Positions 38,931 through 48,932 are shown, counted from the stretch's first letter. The stretch: 64,000 nt of DNA from Sedimentisphaeraceae bacterium JB056 (GCA_044440125.1 JBITAJ010000022.1:320001-384000); one strand, 5' to 3'. The notes: generated from the letters alone by a model not told the origin. A program made the numbers and translations.

Positions 38931-39842
38931 TTATTTAAATGGAGCTTTTGACTTTTTAGCTTTTGTATCACACCATGATGTCACCCATATTGGACCATCG
39001 TAAGCGTGATAAAGGCTTCCTGCATTCTTTTTGTGTTTGGCCCATGCAACATGGCCGTCTATATACCCCCAGTTACCGCCTGATTTATGCTGATCGCTAA
39101 CTGTTGCTTTTGAGCCATCGCCTGCGGTTTTGGTATACCCTATAACTGAAGGTGGAACCCATATACCGTTCCAGTAATTTGAACCTTGTATACAACCAGT
39201 CTGCATGTATGCCTGATTGCCGCCGGTAGCTCCCGACTGATTGTAAAGATTTGAGTGATTCTCATCATTTGAACCCACAAAATGATCATACATCCATAAT
39301 GTCTTTGCCGGTTCATATACCTGTGAATATTTTGCACTTCTATCACTAAAATCAGAACTGCTGGTTCTCACTGACCACCATCCCCTGCCGTCAACATAAA
39401 TATTTTCAAGGGCACCGTTGAGCATGTATGATCGAGGTAAAGTCTTTCCTGAAGTATATTTTTCGAATCTCGCGGCATCGGCAGGCGGGAATTCTCCCCT
39501 ACTTTTTTTATCTGCAGGACAAACAACATTATCCTGTTCACTGTCACCAACATCGGTGCTGAAATATGGTCTTAGAGCTATATCCCAGGGAAGTCCATTA
39601 GGAACCTGATTGGGGACTACAGGTGCAAATTCAGGGTCATAAAGTTTTGGTACAGCACAATCATCATTTTCCATTGCGTACATAACAAGAGCATTGAGAT
39701 TATTTTTGATATGAGTACCGCAAACAACAGCTTTGCCATGCTCACGCACTTTTGCCAAGGCAGGCATTAAGATACTCATAAGTACTGCTATTATAGAAAT
39801 AACAACCAGAAGTTCTATTAGCGTAAACCCTCTTTTCTTCAT
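38931..39842 (-). CDS. Prepilin-type N-terminal cleavage/methylation protein with H-X9-DG C-terminal motif
   Basis: KKRG-FTLIELLVVISIIAVLMSILMPAL; CPAD; H-KSGGNWGYI-DGH. Confidence 0.9.
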   Translation of the reverse strand: MKKRGFTLIELLVVISIIAVLMSILMPALAKVREHGKAVVCGTHIKNNLNALVMYAMENDDCAVPKLYDPEFAPVVPNQVPNGLPWDIALRPYFSTDVGDSEQDNVVCPADKKSRGEFPPADAARFEKYTSGKTLPRSYMLNGALENIYVDGRGWWSVRTSSSDFSDRSAKYSQVYEPAKTLWMYDHFVGSNDENHSNLYNQSGATGGNQAYMQTGCIQGSNYWNGIWVPPSVIGYTKTAGDGSKATVSDQHKSGGNWGYIDGHVAWAKHKKNAGSLYHAYDGPIWVTSWCDTKAKKSKAPFK

Positions 39843-39985
39843 TACAGCTCCTTATTCAACATCAATCTCTTAGCCTCAATTCGGATCATATCCAAGCATG
39901 TTTTTGATTTTTCCTAAAAAAAGCTTCCTACCCACACTATTATATGCAGGCAGAAAGCATAAACAAAGCTTTTACACAAATTATT

Positions 39986-40849
39986 TTATCTTGCCGCAGA
40001 TTTCTTAGTTTTTGTATCAGCCCAGGAAACTGCCCACTCTACGCCGGCCTCACCGCCGTATTTATAAGTGTAATTATTTTCCTGCGTCTTATTGTGCTTG
40101 AGATATTCTACATGAGCATCAATAAAGCCCCAGTTTCCACCAGTGGGATGCTGATCGCTTACTGTAGCAACCGTACCATTATTGAAATAGGTATTCCATC
40201 CAACGACAGAAGGCGGACCCCATATTCCACTCCAATAGTTTGAACCCTGTACACAACCGATTTGTGTAAAGGAACCCTGTGGAATATTCTTATGATTGTC
40301 ATCGTTAGCACCGATAAAATGATCATAAAGCCATAGAGTTTTAGCCGGTTCATAGACTTTTGAGTATTTTGCAGCCGAATTAGTGCCGTCAGACCACCAT
40401 GTAGCTACGCCTTGACCATTATTATCCAAATTCTCAAGAGCTCCATTAAGCATATAAGAACGCGGCAGTATCTCACCACCAGTATAGTCTTCAAAAAGCT
40501 GCTTATCTGAGCCCGAGAGATCATTTATAGTACCACGTTTTTTTCTATCAGCCGGACAAACAACATAGTCCTGCTCGCTGTCTGAAATATCTGTGCCGAA
40601 ATAAGGACGAAGAGCAACATCCCATGGCATGATGATATTACTTTCATAGAGGCGAGGAACTGTAGTATCCTTATTATCCATAGCATACATAGTCAATGCA
40701 TTAAGATTATTCTTTACATTTGTTCCACAAACAACTGCTTTGCCCTGCTCACGAACCTTACTGAGAGCGGGCATCAATATACTCATCAATACGGCAATAA
40801 TTGATATCACCACAAGTAATTCAATTAGTGTAAAAGCTTTTTTCTTCAT
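39986..40849 (-). CDS. Prepilin-type protein with H-X9-DA variant motif; tandem paralog of 38931..39842
   Basis: KKKA-FTLIELLVVISII; H-PTGGNWGFI-DAH. Start placed at ATG 40849 behind a GAGAGG RBS. Confidence 0.9.
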   Translation of the reverse strand: MKKKAFTLIELLVVISIIAVLMSILMPALSKVREQGKAVVCGTNVKNNLNALTMYAMDNKDTTVPRLYESNIIMPWDVALRPYFGTDISDSEQDYVVCPADRKKRGTINDLSGSDKQLFEDYTGGEILPRSYMLNGALENLDNNGQGVATWWSDGTNSAAKYSKVYEPAKTLWLYDHFIGANDDNHKNIPQGSFTQIGCVQGSNYWSGIWGPPSVVGWNTYFNNGTVATVSDQHPTGGNWGFIDAHVEYLKHNKTQENNYTYKYGGEAGVEWAVSWADTKTKKSAAR

Positions 40850-40885
40850 ATTATTATTTCCTCTCAAAAAGGAGTATCATAATCC

Positions 40886-40907
40886 GGGCCCTGTGATTTC
40901 AGGGCCC
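40886..40907. other. GC-rich intergenic hairpin without U-tract (mRNA-stabilising or attenuating)
   Basis: GGGCCCTG-TGATTT-CAGGGCCC. Confidence 0.55.
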
Positions 40908-40919
40908 AGTTATTACATC

Positions 40920-42575
40920 TTACTGAAGGGACTGAAGCCATTCGTCTACAAGGAACAATAGGTCGCTTGTATAAATATAGCTGTCTCCATCAAAATTCAC
41001 AGGGTAACTCGTATCTGTAAATCTAACATTGTCATACGCAATACCTGTACCCTGAAGATAGAAGAGTATATGCTGTCCTACAAGATTTGGAGCAGTCGCA
41101 CTATTCCATGACATAGTAACAGTCTGCCATGAACCTGTAGGCGGATTGCCGTTGTTTACATGGCTCGTATCAACTACTCTTGTTGGAACAAAACCATTTG
41201 TATCATCAGCCGCATCAAGACACATCTGATACCAACCAGTAAACGGTTCACCGCTTACATTACTGACATCTACAGTAAATGTATAAATCGTATTAGGATC
41301 GACTGAACCAGTGCCGTAAACATATACGAACTGTGCAAGATTACCTGTTGTCATTGTTATATAGTTATCACCATCGCTTGCTTGAAGAGCATCTGTAGGT
41401 GCAGGATTAACAATAAAGTTGCCAGTCATACCGTTATCCCAACCCATTGGAGTATTCAGGTAATTATCCCACGGATGCCCTGCAGACACCTGCATTTCTA
41501 AAGAAGTACCATCCGCAATAACATCCTGCTCAAAGCTGTAGTTCTTTATACCACTCTCAACCATCCAGCTGTCTGCAAGAACAGCATAGTCTTCATAGTT
41601 AACTGTTCCATCAGCATTGAGGTCAGCTTTAAGAGCATCACTTGCCAATGTGGCAAATAATATCTGATCACCTAATGATGGCGTGCCTGCTGTAAAAACA
41701 ACATCAGGTGTCGCATATTGAGCTACGCCTGATTCGCTGCTGTAATACACATACATAGAGTAGAAATCGTTAGGTTCTGCGATTATTCCGCGCATGTCTC
41801 TTACTACAACGATATCATCAAATCCATCACCGTTGACGTCACCAATAGCCAGATCATCCGTTGAAGTGCCAAAATTACCCTGACTGTCAACCCCGCCATC
41901 TCCGAAGAGACCGCCAAAACTGTAGTCAACAAATACAGACGCACTTGAAGGTCTCCACAGAATCCTGTCATCAGTACCGTCACCATTTATATCACCAAGA
42001 TAAGGCTTGTCAAGACTGTAAACACCAAAGGATTGCCATCCGGAATGCGATGTACCTGAAGGAATTCCACCAGTTCCGTCAGAGAACCAGCATCCCCAAA
42101 CCAATACATCACTGGCCTGGCCGTCAACACTAACCAAACCATTATCAGCGAACCCATCACCGTTTACATCGCCGAATATAGGTCTGGAGACAGAATTATC
42201 GAGATTAATCGCGGCTCCGCCATCCCATGTCCACTCTGCGTTTCCTATAACATCAAGATTTCCATTTGAAATATCGCCTTCACTGCTGTAAGAAAGGATA
42301 ACTTGCCAACCGTTATAAATAGTTCCACCTACATCCTGAGAGGAAGGCTGTGCAATGGCTTTATCTTCAATGCCATCACCATTGAAATCTTTCATATCAT
42401 GTGTGACAATCCCGCTCCATCCAAAAAACGCTGACTGCCATACAGAACCATCTTCGTTTAGAGAGAACCACTGACTGTCTCCTCTTTGAAGTATGGTAGT
42501 TTCAGAAACTGCCGCTGATGCCAACATAGGCAAAACAAAGCCCACTGCTGTTAAGATCACAATAATTTTCTTCAT
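40920..42575 (-). CDS. Secreted FG-GAP/VCBS-repeat protein with CBM-like domain and dockerin-like EF-hand repeats
   Basis: Signal peptide; DFNGDGIED, GDVNGDGFAD, GDINGDGTDD, GDVNGDGFDD; ADLNADGTVNYEDYAVLADSW and NFDGDSYIYTSDLLFLVDEWL. Confidence 0.8.
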   Translation of the reverse strand: MKKIIVILTAVGFVLPMLASAAVSETTILQRGDSQWFSLNEDGSVWQSAFFGWSGIVTHDMKDFNGDGIEDKAIAQPSSQDVGGTIYNGWQVILSYSSEGDISNGNLDVIGNAEWTWDGGAAINLDNSVSRPIFGDVNGDGFADNGLVSVDGQASDVLVWGCWFSDGTGGIPSGTSHSGWQSFGVYSLDKPYLGDINGDGTDDRILWRPSSASVFVDYSFGGLFGDGGVDSQGNFGTSTDDLAIGDVNGDGFDDIVVVRDMRGIIAEPNDFYSMYVYYSSESGVAQYATPDVVFTAGTPSLGDQILFATLASDALKADLNADGTVNYEDYAVLADSWMVESGIKNYSFEQDVIADGTSLEMQVSAGHPWDNYLNTPMGWDNGMTGNFIVNPAPTDALQASDGDNYITMTTGNLAQFVYVYGTGSVDPNTIYTFTVDVSNVSGEPFTGWYQMCLDAADDTNGFVPTRVVDTSHVNNGNPPTGSWQTVTMSWNSATAPNLVGQHILFYLQGTGIAYDNVRFTDTSYPVNFDGDSYIYTSDLLFLVDEWLQSLQ

Positions 42576-42613
42576 AATATTGCTCCTTGAAAAAATTAAA
42601 TTTTCACATCCTA

Positions 42614-43699
42614 TTAGTTGGATGTACGTCTTATTTTTAGCTCACTTCCCGGAATAAGCTTTTGAATCGGCTTTGAACCGGGATTTTTAACTAATTCTAT
42701 TATAGTTTCAGCCGCTGCCTTACCTATCTGCTCAAGAGGCTCACGTACTGTCGTTAATCCTACACCAAAACTGTCAGATAAAGGCACATCACCCATTCCG
42801 ACCAGCGCCACATCATCAGGCACCCTTATCCCCATACTCAAAAGAACCTTATATACCTGCAATGCGAGGCTGTCATGCGGAAAGAATAATGCGTCAGGTT
42901 TTTTTCGGTTGCTGCTGAATATTCTTTTTACCATTGCGGATATCTCAACTTCGCCTGAAAGCCCAGAGCTCTCAATTATTCCCTGACGTCTTACAAGCTG
43001 GCTCAAATTAGACCAGTTTACCCAACTGTCATTCAATTCGAGTCCCGCATCATGGAGCACTTGCCAATATACATCAAATCTTCTTTTAGAAAATTTTAGG
43101 TCAATAAGCGAACTGCCTATAAACCCAATATTTTTACGTCCAGTCTCTACAAGATGTTCTACTGCTACTTTCGCTGCAGGCAGACAATCCCAGGCTACAA
43201 AGCTCACATCAGGCATAGCCTCAAGTGTATCAGAGATAAAGAGCAAAGGCGTACCACTGCTAACTAATCCCTTATATGTATCCAAACATTCAGGCAAAGG
43301 CTGACAGATCAAACCTTCATCACGTCTCTGCTGAGAAATATTGAGTTCTCTTTCATTTCTTTCAGCATCCCAAAGATGTATTGAAGACATAGGTATAAGA
43401 TCTTCCTCTTCAAGAATTGGGACAAGACCATTCATAACCTCAGTCATCCAGTTATACTCATAACCGGCAACAATCAAGCCCACTACTCCAGTAGATTGCT
43501 TAGCAAGATTCCTTGCCCATAGATGCGGAACGTAATTGAGTCTTTTTGCGGCCTGCAAGACTTTCTTAGCCGTACTGTCGGCTACTCGCCTCTTTTTTGC
43601 CTGACCGCTTAAAACGTACCCAACTGTAGTCTTAGAAACACCGACCTCTTCGGCAATACTTACTATGCTAACTGATTTGTTTGAAACTTCTGTCTGCAT
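42614..43699 (-). CDS. LacI-family transcriptional regulator, paralog B (first gene of the long minus-strand run)
   Basis: HTH SIAEEVGVSKTTVGYVLSG; colinear with and highly similar to 6314..7405. Confidence 0.95.
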   Translation of the reverse strand: MQTEVSNKSVSIVSIAEEVGVSKTTVGYVLSGQAKKRRVADSTAKKVLQAAKRLNYVPHLWARNLAKQSTGVVGLIVAGYEYNWMTEVMNGLVPILEEEDLIPMSSIHLWDAERNERELNISQQRRDEGLICQPLPECLDTYKGLVSSGTPLLFISDTLEAMPDVSFVAWDCLPAAKVAVEHLVETGRKNIGFIGSSLIDLKFSKRRFDVYWQVLHDAGLELNDSWVNWSNLSQLVRRQGIIESSGLSGEVEISAMVKRIFSSNRKKPDALFFPHDSLALQVYKVLLSMGIRVPDDVALVGMGDVPLSDSFGVGLTTVREPLEQIGKAAAETIIELVKNPGSKPIQKLIPGSELKIRRTSN

Positions 43700-43733
43700 T
43701 ATATTTTCATTTCATTAAAAATCACGACTCTGC

Positions 43734-43781
43734 TGGAACGTTCCACAAAAACATTATAGCACATCCCTTGGAACCTTCCAA
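43734..43781 (-). promoter_or_regulatory. Promoter of LacI-B with two operators
   Basis: Perfect palindrome TGGAACGTTCCA at 43734-43745 and TGGAACCTTCCA at 43769-43780; minus strand TTGGAA-17 bp-TATAAT (43753-43758) with extended TG. Confidence 0.8.
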
Positions 43782-43934
43782 CAAAATTTTAAAAAAATAT
43801 AAAAAATATTGACAAAGACACCTAAAATCAAGTCTAATGACATGTAAAGTGATATCCTAAAAGTGGTTTAAGGGCAATCACATAAAATATAAACAACTAC
43901 AATTAAGACACTTACAAAAGCACAACAAAGAAAC

Positions 43935-45734
43935 ATGACTGATACAGAAAAAAATATTTCCGACAACACAGAACCTCTTGGGACAAATAAATTAATAATT
44001 CCAGATATTTTACGACCCCAAAAGTCATCTTTATCTTTTGCTGACCAAACAAGTAACCTACAAATCCAATCGGGAAAGTCGATTATATTTGATTGGGGCC
44101 GTAAAAGAACCGGCTGGATATTGCTCAACGCTTCGGGTTCAGCAAAGGTAGAGCTTGCCGGAGACATTAGAATATTCGAAATGTACGATTCTTCAATCGC
44201 AAATAACCCTGACTTTTGCGGTGATAAACATCCATCTTTTTGTGCGAATAAGTCAAGATGCGAGGTTGATTTTAATGGCAAAGAAGCATATCTTTCTAAG
44301 ATGAGCAGCGCATTTCGCTACATAAGAATAACGAACCTCAGAGATACCGACCTGATCATTAAATCAATCATGTTAAAACCAAGTGAGTTCCCCGCACGCC
44401 CGCGGGGTTCATTTGAATGTGACTCTGAGACAATTAATTCCGGTTGGCAAATGGGAATTGACACCGTACATCTCTGTACTCAACCCGGAGACCAAAGTTT
44501 CACACCTATTTTTGCTCCTTTCGGCGATGGATACGTACAATGGGATGGGTGCAGAAGAGACAGAGAAATCTGGGGTGGTGATCTTCGCCCCTCCGCACTT
44601 GCGTGGTTTTACAATTTTGAAGACCAAAGCCCAATCGCAAACAGTATTTACGCTATCATGAACTCACAACACTGCGGCTGCAGTGAGCATGGGCTTTTTC
44701 CTGGAAGCGGATCAACACATCAAACATTCTACGAGTGGGCGTTCTGGGAAGTAAGTTGCTTGTGGGAATACATCCTGCACACAGGGGATAAAAAGCTACT
44801 GAAGTTTGCCGCTCATAAACTGCCATTGTTTCTTGAATGGTGCGAGAAAAAAACGGCAGAACACCCCGACGGGTGGATACTTTCAAAAAATTGTTGGATG
44901 TATACATTGGAGTTCCCGGAGCAGGTTTTGCCAAGCCTACAGGCCGCATCACTTATGGGTTTTGAATCAATGAAAAAAATATTCGATTTTCTTCAAATGG
45001 AAGATTTTTCAGACAGAACACAATTATTGATTAAAAGAGTCAGAAAGAATTTCCACAAAACATTCTGGGATAAAAAGTTAAATGCTTACAAGTTTTTGAC
45101 TATAGGAGACAGTCACTCAGATCTTTGCGCAAATGCCTGGGCAATTCTTTCTGATATTGTAAAAAAAGAAGAAAGAGAATCACTTTTAAAGAGTATAAAG
45201 GATCTCCACTGGACAAATTCCGGCAGTCTCAATATATCGCCAGTAATGCAGCAAGAATCATTCCATAACAACACAATCTGGCCTTACGCAAATTCTTATG
45301 AGATGTGCGCAAGATTCCATTGCGGCGATTCTGATTCAGCATTGGAACTTTTTAAGGCATATATAGGAAACATCCGAAAATCAGGTCACAACACACTTCT
45401 TGAGATGATAAATATCGACAGCTCACTGCCGATAAAAGAATCCGATGGAAACACTCTTAGTTTTTCACATTGCTGGGCTTCTCAGGGAAGCTGGGCGTTG
45501 CAAAAATATCTTCTCGGCGTTGCGCCTGTCAAAATCGGCTGGCAGGAATTCTCTTTCTCACCATTGAAATCTCCGCTGAAATGGCTCAATGGAAAAATAG
45601 TAACTCCTTACGGCACAATTGATGTCGAAATTGATAATTCGAAACAATTACCAAAAGCAAAGGTCGTTCACCCCCGAGAGATCGAGTGCAGCAACAGCTC
45701 CGATTATCGCAGCGTTGAATTCGTAAGCAAATAA
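43935..45734 (+). CDS. GH78-like (alpha/alpha)6 glycoside hydrolase, cytoplasmic
   Basis: FDWGR, AFRYIRI, DGCRRDREIWGGD, SFSHCWAS, LLGVAP, TPYGTI. Upstream TTGACA(43809)-18 bp-TCTAAT. Confidence 0.7.
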   Translation: MTDTEKNISDNTEPLGTNKLIIPDILRPQKSSLSFADQTSNLQIQSGKSIIFDWGRKRTGWILLNASGSAKVELAGDIRIFEMYDSSIANNPDFCGDKHPSFCANKSRCEVDFNGKEAYLSKMSSAFRYIRITNLRDTDLIIKSIMLKPSEFPARPRGSFECDSETINSGWQMGIDTVHLCTQPGDQSFTPIFAPFGDGYVQWDGCRRDREIWGGDLRPSALAWFYNFEDQSPIANSIYAIMNSQHCGCSEHGLFPGSGSTHQTFYEWAFWEVSCLWEYILHTGDKKLLKFAAHKLPLFLEWCEKKTAEHPDGWILSKNCWMYTLEFPEQVLPSLQAASLMGFESMKKIFDFLQMEDFSDRTQLLIKRVRKNFHKTFWDKKLNAYKFLTIGDSHSDLCANAWAILSDIVKKEERESLLKSIKDLHWTNSGSLNISPVMQQESFHNNTIWPYANSYEMCARFHCGDSDSALELFKAYIGNIRKSGHNTLLEMINIDSSLPIKESDGNTLSFSHCWASQGSWALQKYLLGVAPVKIGWQEFSFSPLKSPLKWLNGKIVTPYGTIDVEIDNSKQLPKAKVVHPREIECSNSSDYRSVEFVSK

Positions 45735-45894
45735 AACACAAGTCTTGCTGATTATATATGCCAATTACCTATCAGGAATTCAATTACTGAGTTGTATAGC
45801 TCATAAAAATCAATAACTGTTCATAAATACAGAAATTAACCCATGTTGCCTTTTTTTCAATTTGATAATATTAGGTGAAAACAGAAAAACAACC

Positions 45895-45919
45895 TGATAT
45901 AATCAATTGGAGCGCTCCA
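45895..45919 (+). promoter_or_regulatory. Extended -10 promoter with LacI-type operator
   Basis: TGATATAAT at 45895-45903; perfect palindrome TGGAGCGCTCCA at 45908-45919. Confidence 0.75.
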
Positions 45920-45980
45920 GCTATGAGTATAATAATTGATTAAAACATATTTTGTATATATAAGAAGGATTACGAGAAGA

Positions 45981-48932
45981 ATGAAAAACATACTTCACTA
46001 CAGCATCATGATAGCTGCTTCATTTTCAATACTGCCGCAAGCTTTTACAACTAAATGCCATGGCGCACAAAAATTAGATTTCTCATTTCCTTTTGAGACA
46101 TATCAACAGCAAGTGGTAATAAAATTCGACAGTCCGCAATCGGCCGAAAAAGCGGAGCTGGTAATTGAGCCGTTATACAGAGGCTTGACGCGAGCAATAT
46201 CTTGCCGCTGGGATGACAACAATCAGACAAACTTGAAGGCAAGAGAGATCATGGAAAAAGACGGAATAAAAGGGACCTGGTATCTCAATTCAAAAACAAC
46301 CTTTTACCACAATGGAGACAACTATACTGATACGGCAGCAAACTTACTGAAAGGCGGAAACTCTATCGGCGGCCACGGCTACAGCCATCCTTACATTTCA
46401 TATCAGAACAAAAACAGGATATTCCAGGAAATAATGCAGGTAAGAATAGAGTGGGAATCCGAGCTTAACACATTGCTCAATTCTTACGCCTTTTCTTTTG
46501 TAAATTACAGGAATAATCTTGAAGGCGACATATCGCAAAGAGATATCTTTGAAGCACTTCAACGCAGCGGCTTCTACCACCTGTCAGTTTTCAAAAACTG
46601 TGTTGATATGCAGCCTTCCGACATGATAGTAAGCATAATTATGCCGCCTGAAAACCAATCATTTGAAGATTTCAAAGCGGCGGTTGACTGGGCAATGACA
46701 AACGATGAACTGCTCGAAAACTATAGATGCATTTCTAATTCCATGCACAGTTGGTATGGTACAGAAGCACTGCAGTATGACTTCGATGAATTAGAAAAAA
46801 GATTTGACTATCTAAAATCTTTTCCGAATGTCTGGTATTGCAATCAAAATGAGTATGCGGCATACAGATACCAATACCTCAATACAAAAATGGATATAAA
46901 CCGTAAAGGCAGTACCCTTATCTGCACATTAACCAGACCGGCCGTCAATTACCTCAATAACGCAACACCTCTCACTTTATCGGTTAAAGGTATTAAGGCC
47001 GACAATATTTCTGAGGTATCCTCATCAGGGTCCAAGCTGCTTATAGAGAACAGTAGCCCCGAAAATGTATTGTTCAATCTTCCACACAAAAATTCCCAGA
47101 CTCTGCCGGAATTGATCGGATATATAGAAAATCCTGATAACAGACAAGTCGTCTCGGATAGTGATAAGTATGAAGGTTTAGAAGATGTAAAAGCGTTGTT
47201 GTCTTTTAACGGCAGAACGCTCAAAACGCAGATAAACAACAATTCCAACTCTAAAATTGAAAATCTCAAGATAACATACAGACTGCCGCTTGCATGGAAT
47301 GAAGGTGTTAAAGTGGAAAACAAAAGTCACATTTTAGCCAACCAAAGCAAAGTCTTCGATTTTGAGCCGACAATAGCCAACGATTCCTCTATATACATGG
47401 GAGGATCACATTACATGACCGCTCAACTTGACTTCACAAAAGATGATAAACATTGCAGACTGTACACAACGTGCAATTATTATATACCTTTTGACAAAAG
47501 CTTCCCTAACGGCAAATTTGTTCTGATGGGACCGATTAAGGCAGAGAGTTTTGACCTTGACGACTTCTGCAGCGGCATAACAGCAGACGGCTTACCTCCA
47601 ATGGAATATGCGGGTAAGATTTGGCAGGAGACCTATCCGGAAGCAGTGATACAAAAAGATCAGTTCAGTCCCGAAGTAATCAGAACACAAGGGGACTGGT
47701 TTAAGTCTTACTCCCCGAATTTTGCACTCTATTCAGTAATTGAAAGCAAAATAACACAAGATGTTTCAATTCTTTGCGACCATAATAGCGTAAAGGTTGT
47801 TTATGTGAACGGTAAACAAGTTATTGACGGCAAGTTCAAATTGAATAAAGGCAGTAACAGCTTAATAATCATACAAAGCCATGAAAACTTCAGCGGTAAT
47901 GGAGAACACGCAGGCTGTTTCTTCAGGCTAATGGATGCTGAAAGCAATACACGTTTGACAAATATCAAATACAATAAACCTAAATTACCACTTACTCCAT
48001 GTTGTAATGCGGCAGCGGCCCTTCCAGCAGCGACGCCAACTCATAATAAGCCTGTCAAAATAGCTCTACTGCAGATTAGTGCAATGGGATTCGACCAGCA
48101 GGCCAACCTTGAAAAGGCAGAGAAGTTCTGTCGTCAGGCAGCAAAGCAGCAGGCCGACATAGCCCTTCTTCCGGAAATGTTCAACATTGGCTATACAGCC
48201 TTCATGGGAACAGATAAGAAAACAGTTAAACAGTGGCAGCAAAGAGCCGTACCGAAAGACGGCCCCTGGGTACAGCATTTCGCTGAACTGGCAAAAGAGC
48301 TTGATATGGCCATCGGTATCACATACCTTCAGGAATGGGATCCGGCTCCGCGAAACACCATCACTGTTTTCGACAGATTCGGCAAAGAGGTACTCACTTA
48401 CGCCAAAGTGCATACCTGTGATTTCGCAGCATTTGAGGCCGCCACAACGCCAGGTGAAGATTGGTATGTGGCTGATTTGAAAACTAAAAACGACACAATC
48501 AAGTTAGGTGCAATGATATGCTTCGACAGAGAATTTCCTGAGAGTGCAAGAATTCTCATGCTGAAAGGCGCAGAACTTGTTCTGACTCCCAATGCCTGCC
48601 TTCTTGCCGATGAGCGGCTCGCACAATTCGGAACAAGAGCACTTGAAAACAACATGATAATGGCAATGACAAATTACCCGAATCCAGGATACGGAGGAAG
48701 ATCGGTCGTGTACATGATAGATGGCAAGCCTCTTTTAGAAGCCGGAGGCGAGGAAGGTATCTATACAACCACAGTCGATATGTACTGGATACGCCAGGCC
48801 CGTAAAAGAACTATATGGGGTAATGCTTTCCGGCGACCGCATCGATACAACTTGTTGACAAGCCAGGAAAAAGAAGAAGAATATGAACGTAAGAATGGTT
48901 TCGGTGAGCCGTTCATTGCTGAAGAAAGATAA
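45981..48932 (+). CDS. Exported fusion: polysaccharide deacetylase (NodB/CE4-like) domain + beta-rich domains + C-terminal nitrilase/carbon-nitrogen hydrolase
   Basis: Signal peptide from ATG 45981; RWDD, GIKGTWYLN, IGGHGYSHP; C-terminal LLPEMF, YAKVH, ICFDREFPE. Confidence 0.8.
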   Translation: MKNILHYSIMIAASFSILPQAFTTKCHGAQKLDFSFPFETYQQQVVIKFDSPQSAEKAELVIEPLYRGLTRAISCRWDDNNQTNLKAREIMEKDGIKGTWYLNSKTTFYHNGDNYTDTAANLLKGGNSIGGHGYSHPYISYQNKNRIFQEIMQVRIEWESELNTLLNSYAFSFVNYRNNLEGDISQRDIFEALQRSGFYHLSVFKNCVDMQPSDMIVSIIMPPENQSFEDFKAAVDWAMTNDELLENYRCISNSMHSWYGTEALQYDFDELEKRFDYLKSFPNVWYCNQNEYAAYRYQYLNTKMDINRKGSTLICTLTRPAVNYLNNATPLTLSVKGIKADNISEVSSSGSKLLIENSSPENVLFNLPHKNSQTLPELIGYIENPDNRQVVSDSDKYEGLEDVKALLSFNGRTLKTQINNNSNSKIENLKITYRLPLAWNEGVKVENKSHILANQSKVFDFEPTIANDSSIYMGGSHYMTAQLDFTKDDKHCRLYTTCNYYIPFDKSFPNGKFVLMGPIKAESFDLDDFCSGITADGLPPMEYAGKIWQETYPEAVIQKDQFSPEVIRTQGDWFKSYSPNFALYSVIESKITQDVSILCDHNSVKVVYVNGKQVIDGKFKLNKGSNSLIIIQSHENFSGNGEHAGCFFRLMDAESNTRLTNIKYNKPKLPLTPCCNAAAALPAATPTHNKPVKIALLQISAMGFDQQANLEKAEKFCRQAAKQQADIALLPEMFNIGYTAFMGTDKKTVKQWQQRAVPKDGPWVQHFAELAKELDMAIGITYLQEWDPAPRNTITVFDRFGKEVLTYAKVHTCDFAAFEAATTPGEDWYVADLKTKNDTIKLGAMICFDREFPESARILMLKGAELVLTPNACLLADERLAQFGTRALENNMIMAMTNYPNPGYGGRSVVYMIDGKPLLEAGGEEGIYTTTVDMYWIRQARKRTIWGNAFRRPHRYNLLTSQEKEEEYERKNGFGEPFIAEER

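Noticed and set aside
38931..40849. Type II secretion or type IV pilus gene cluster
   Set aside because: Only pilin-like subunits are present; there is no ATPase, platform protein, secretin or peptidase here.
26725..42575. Cellulosome
   Set aside because: Dockerin-like tails are present, but no cohesin or scaffoldin is recognisable in the window.
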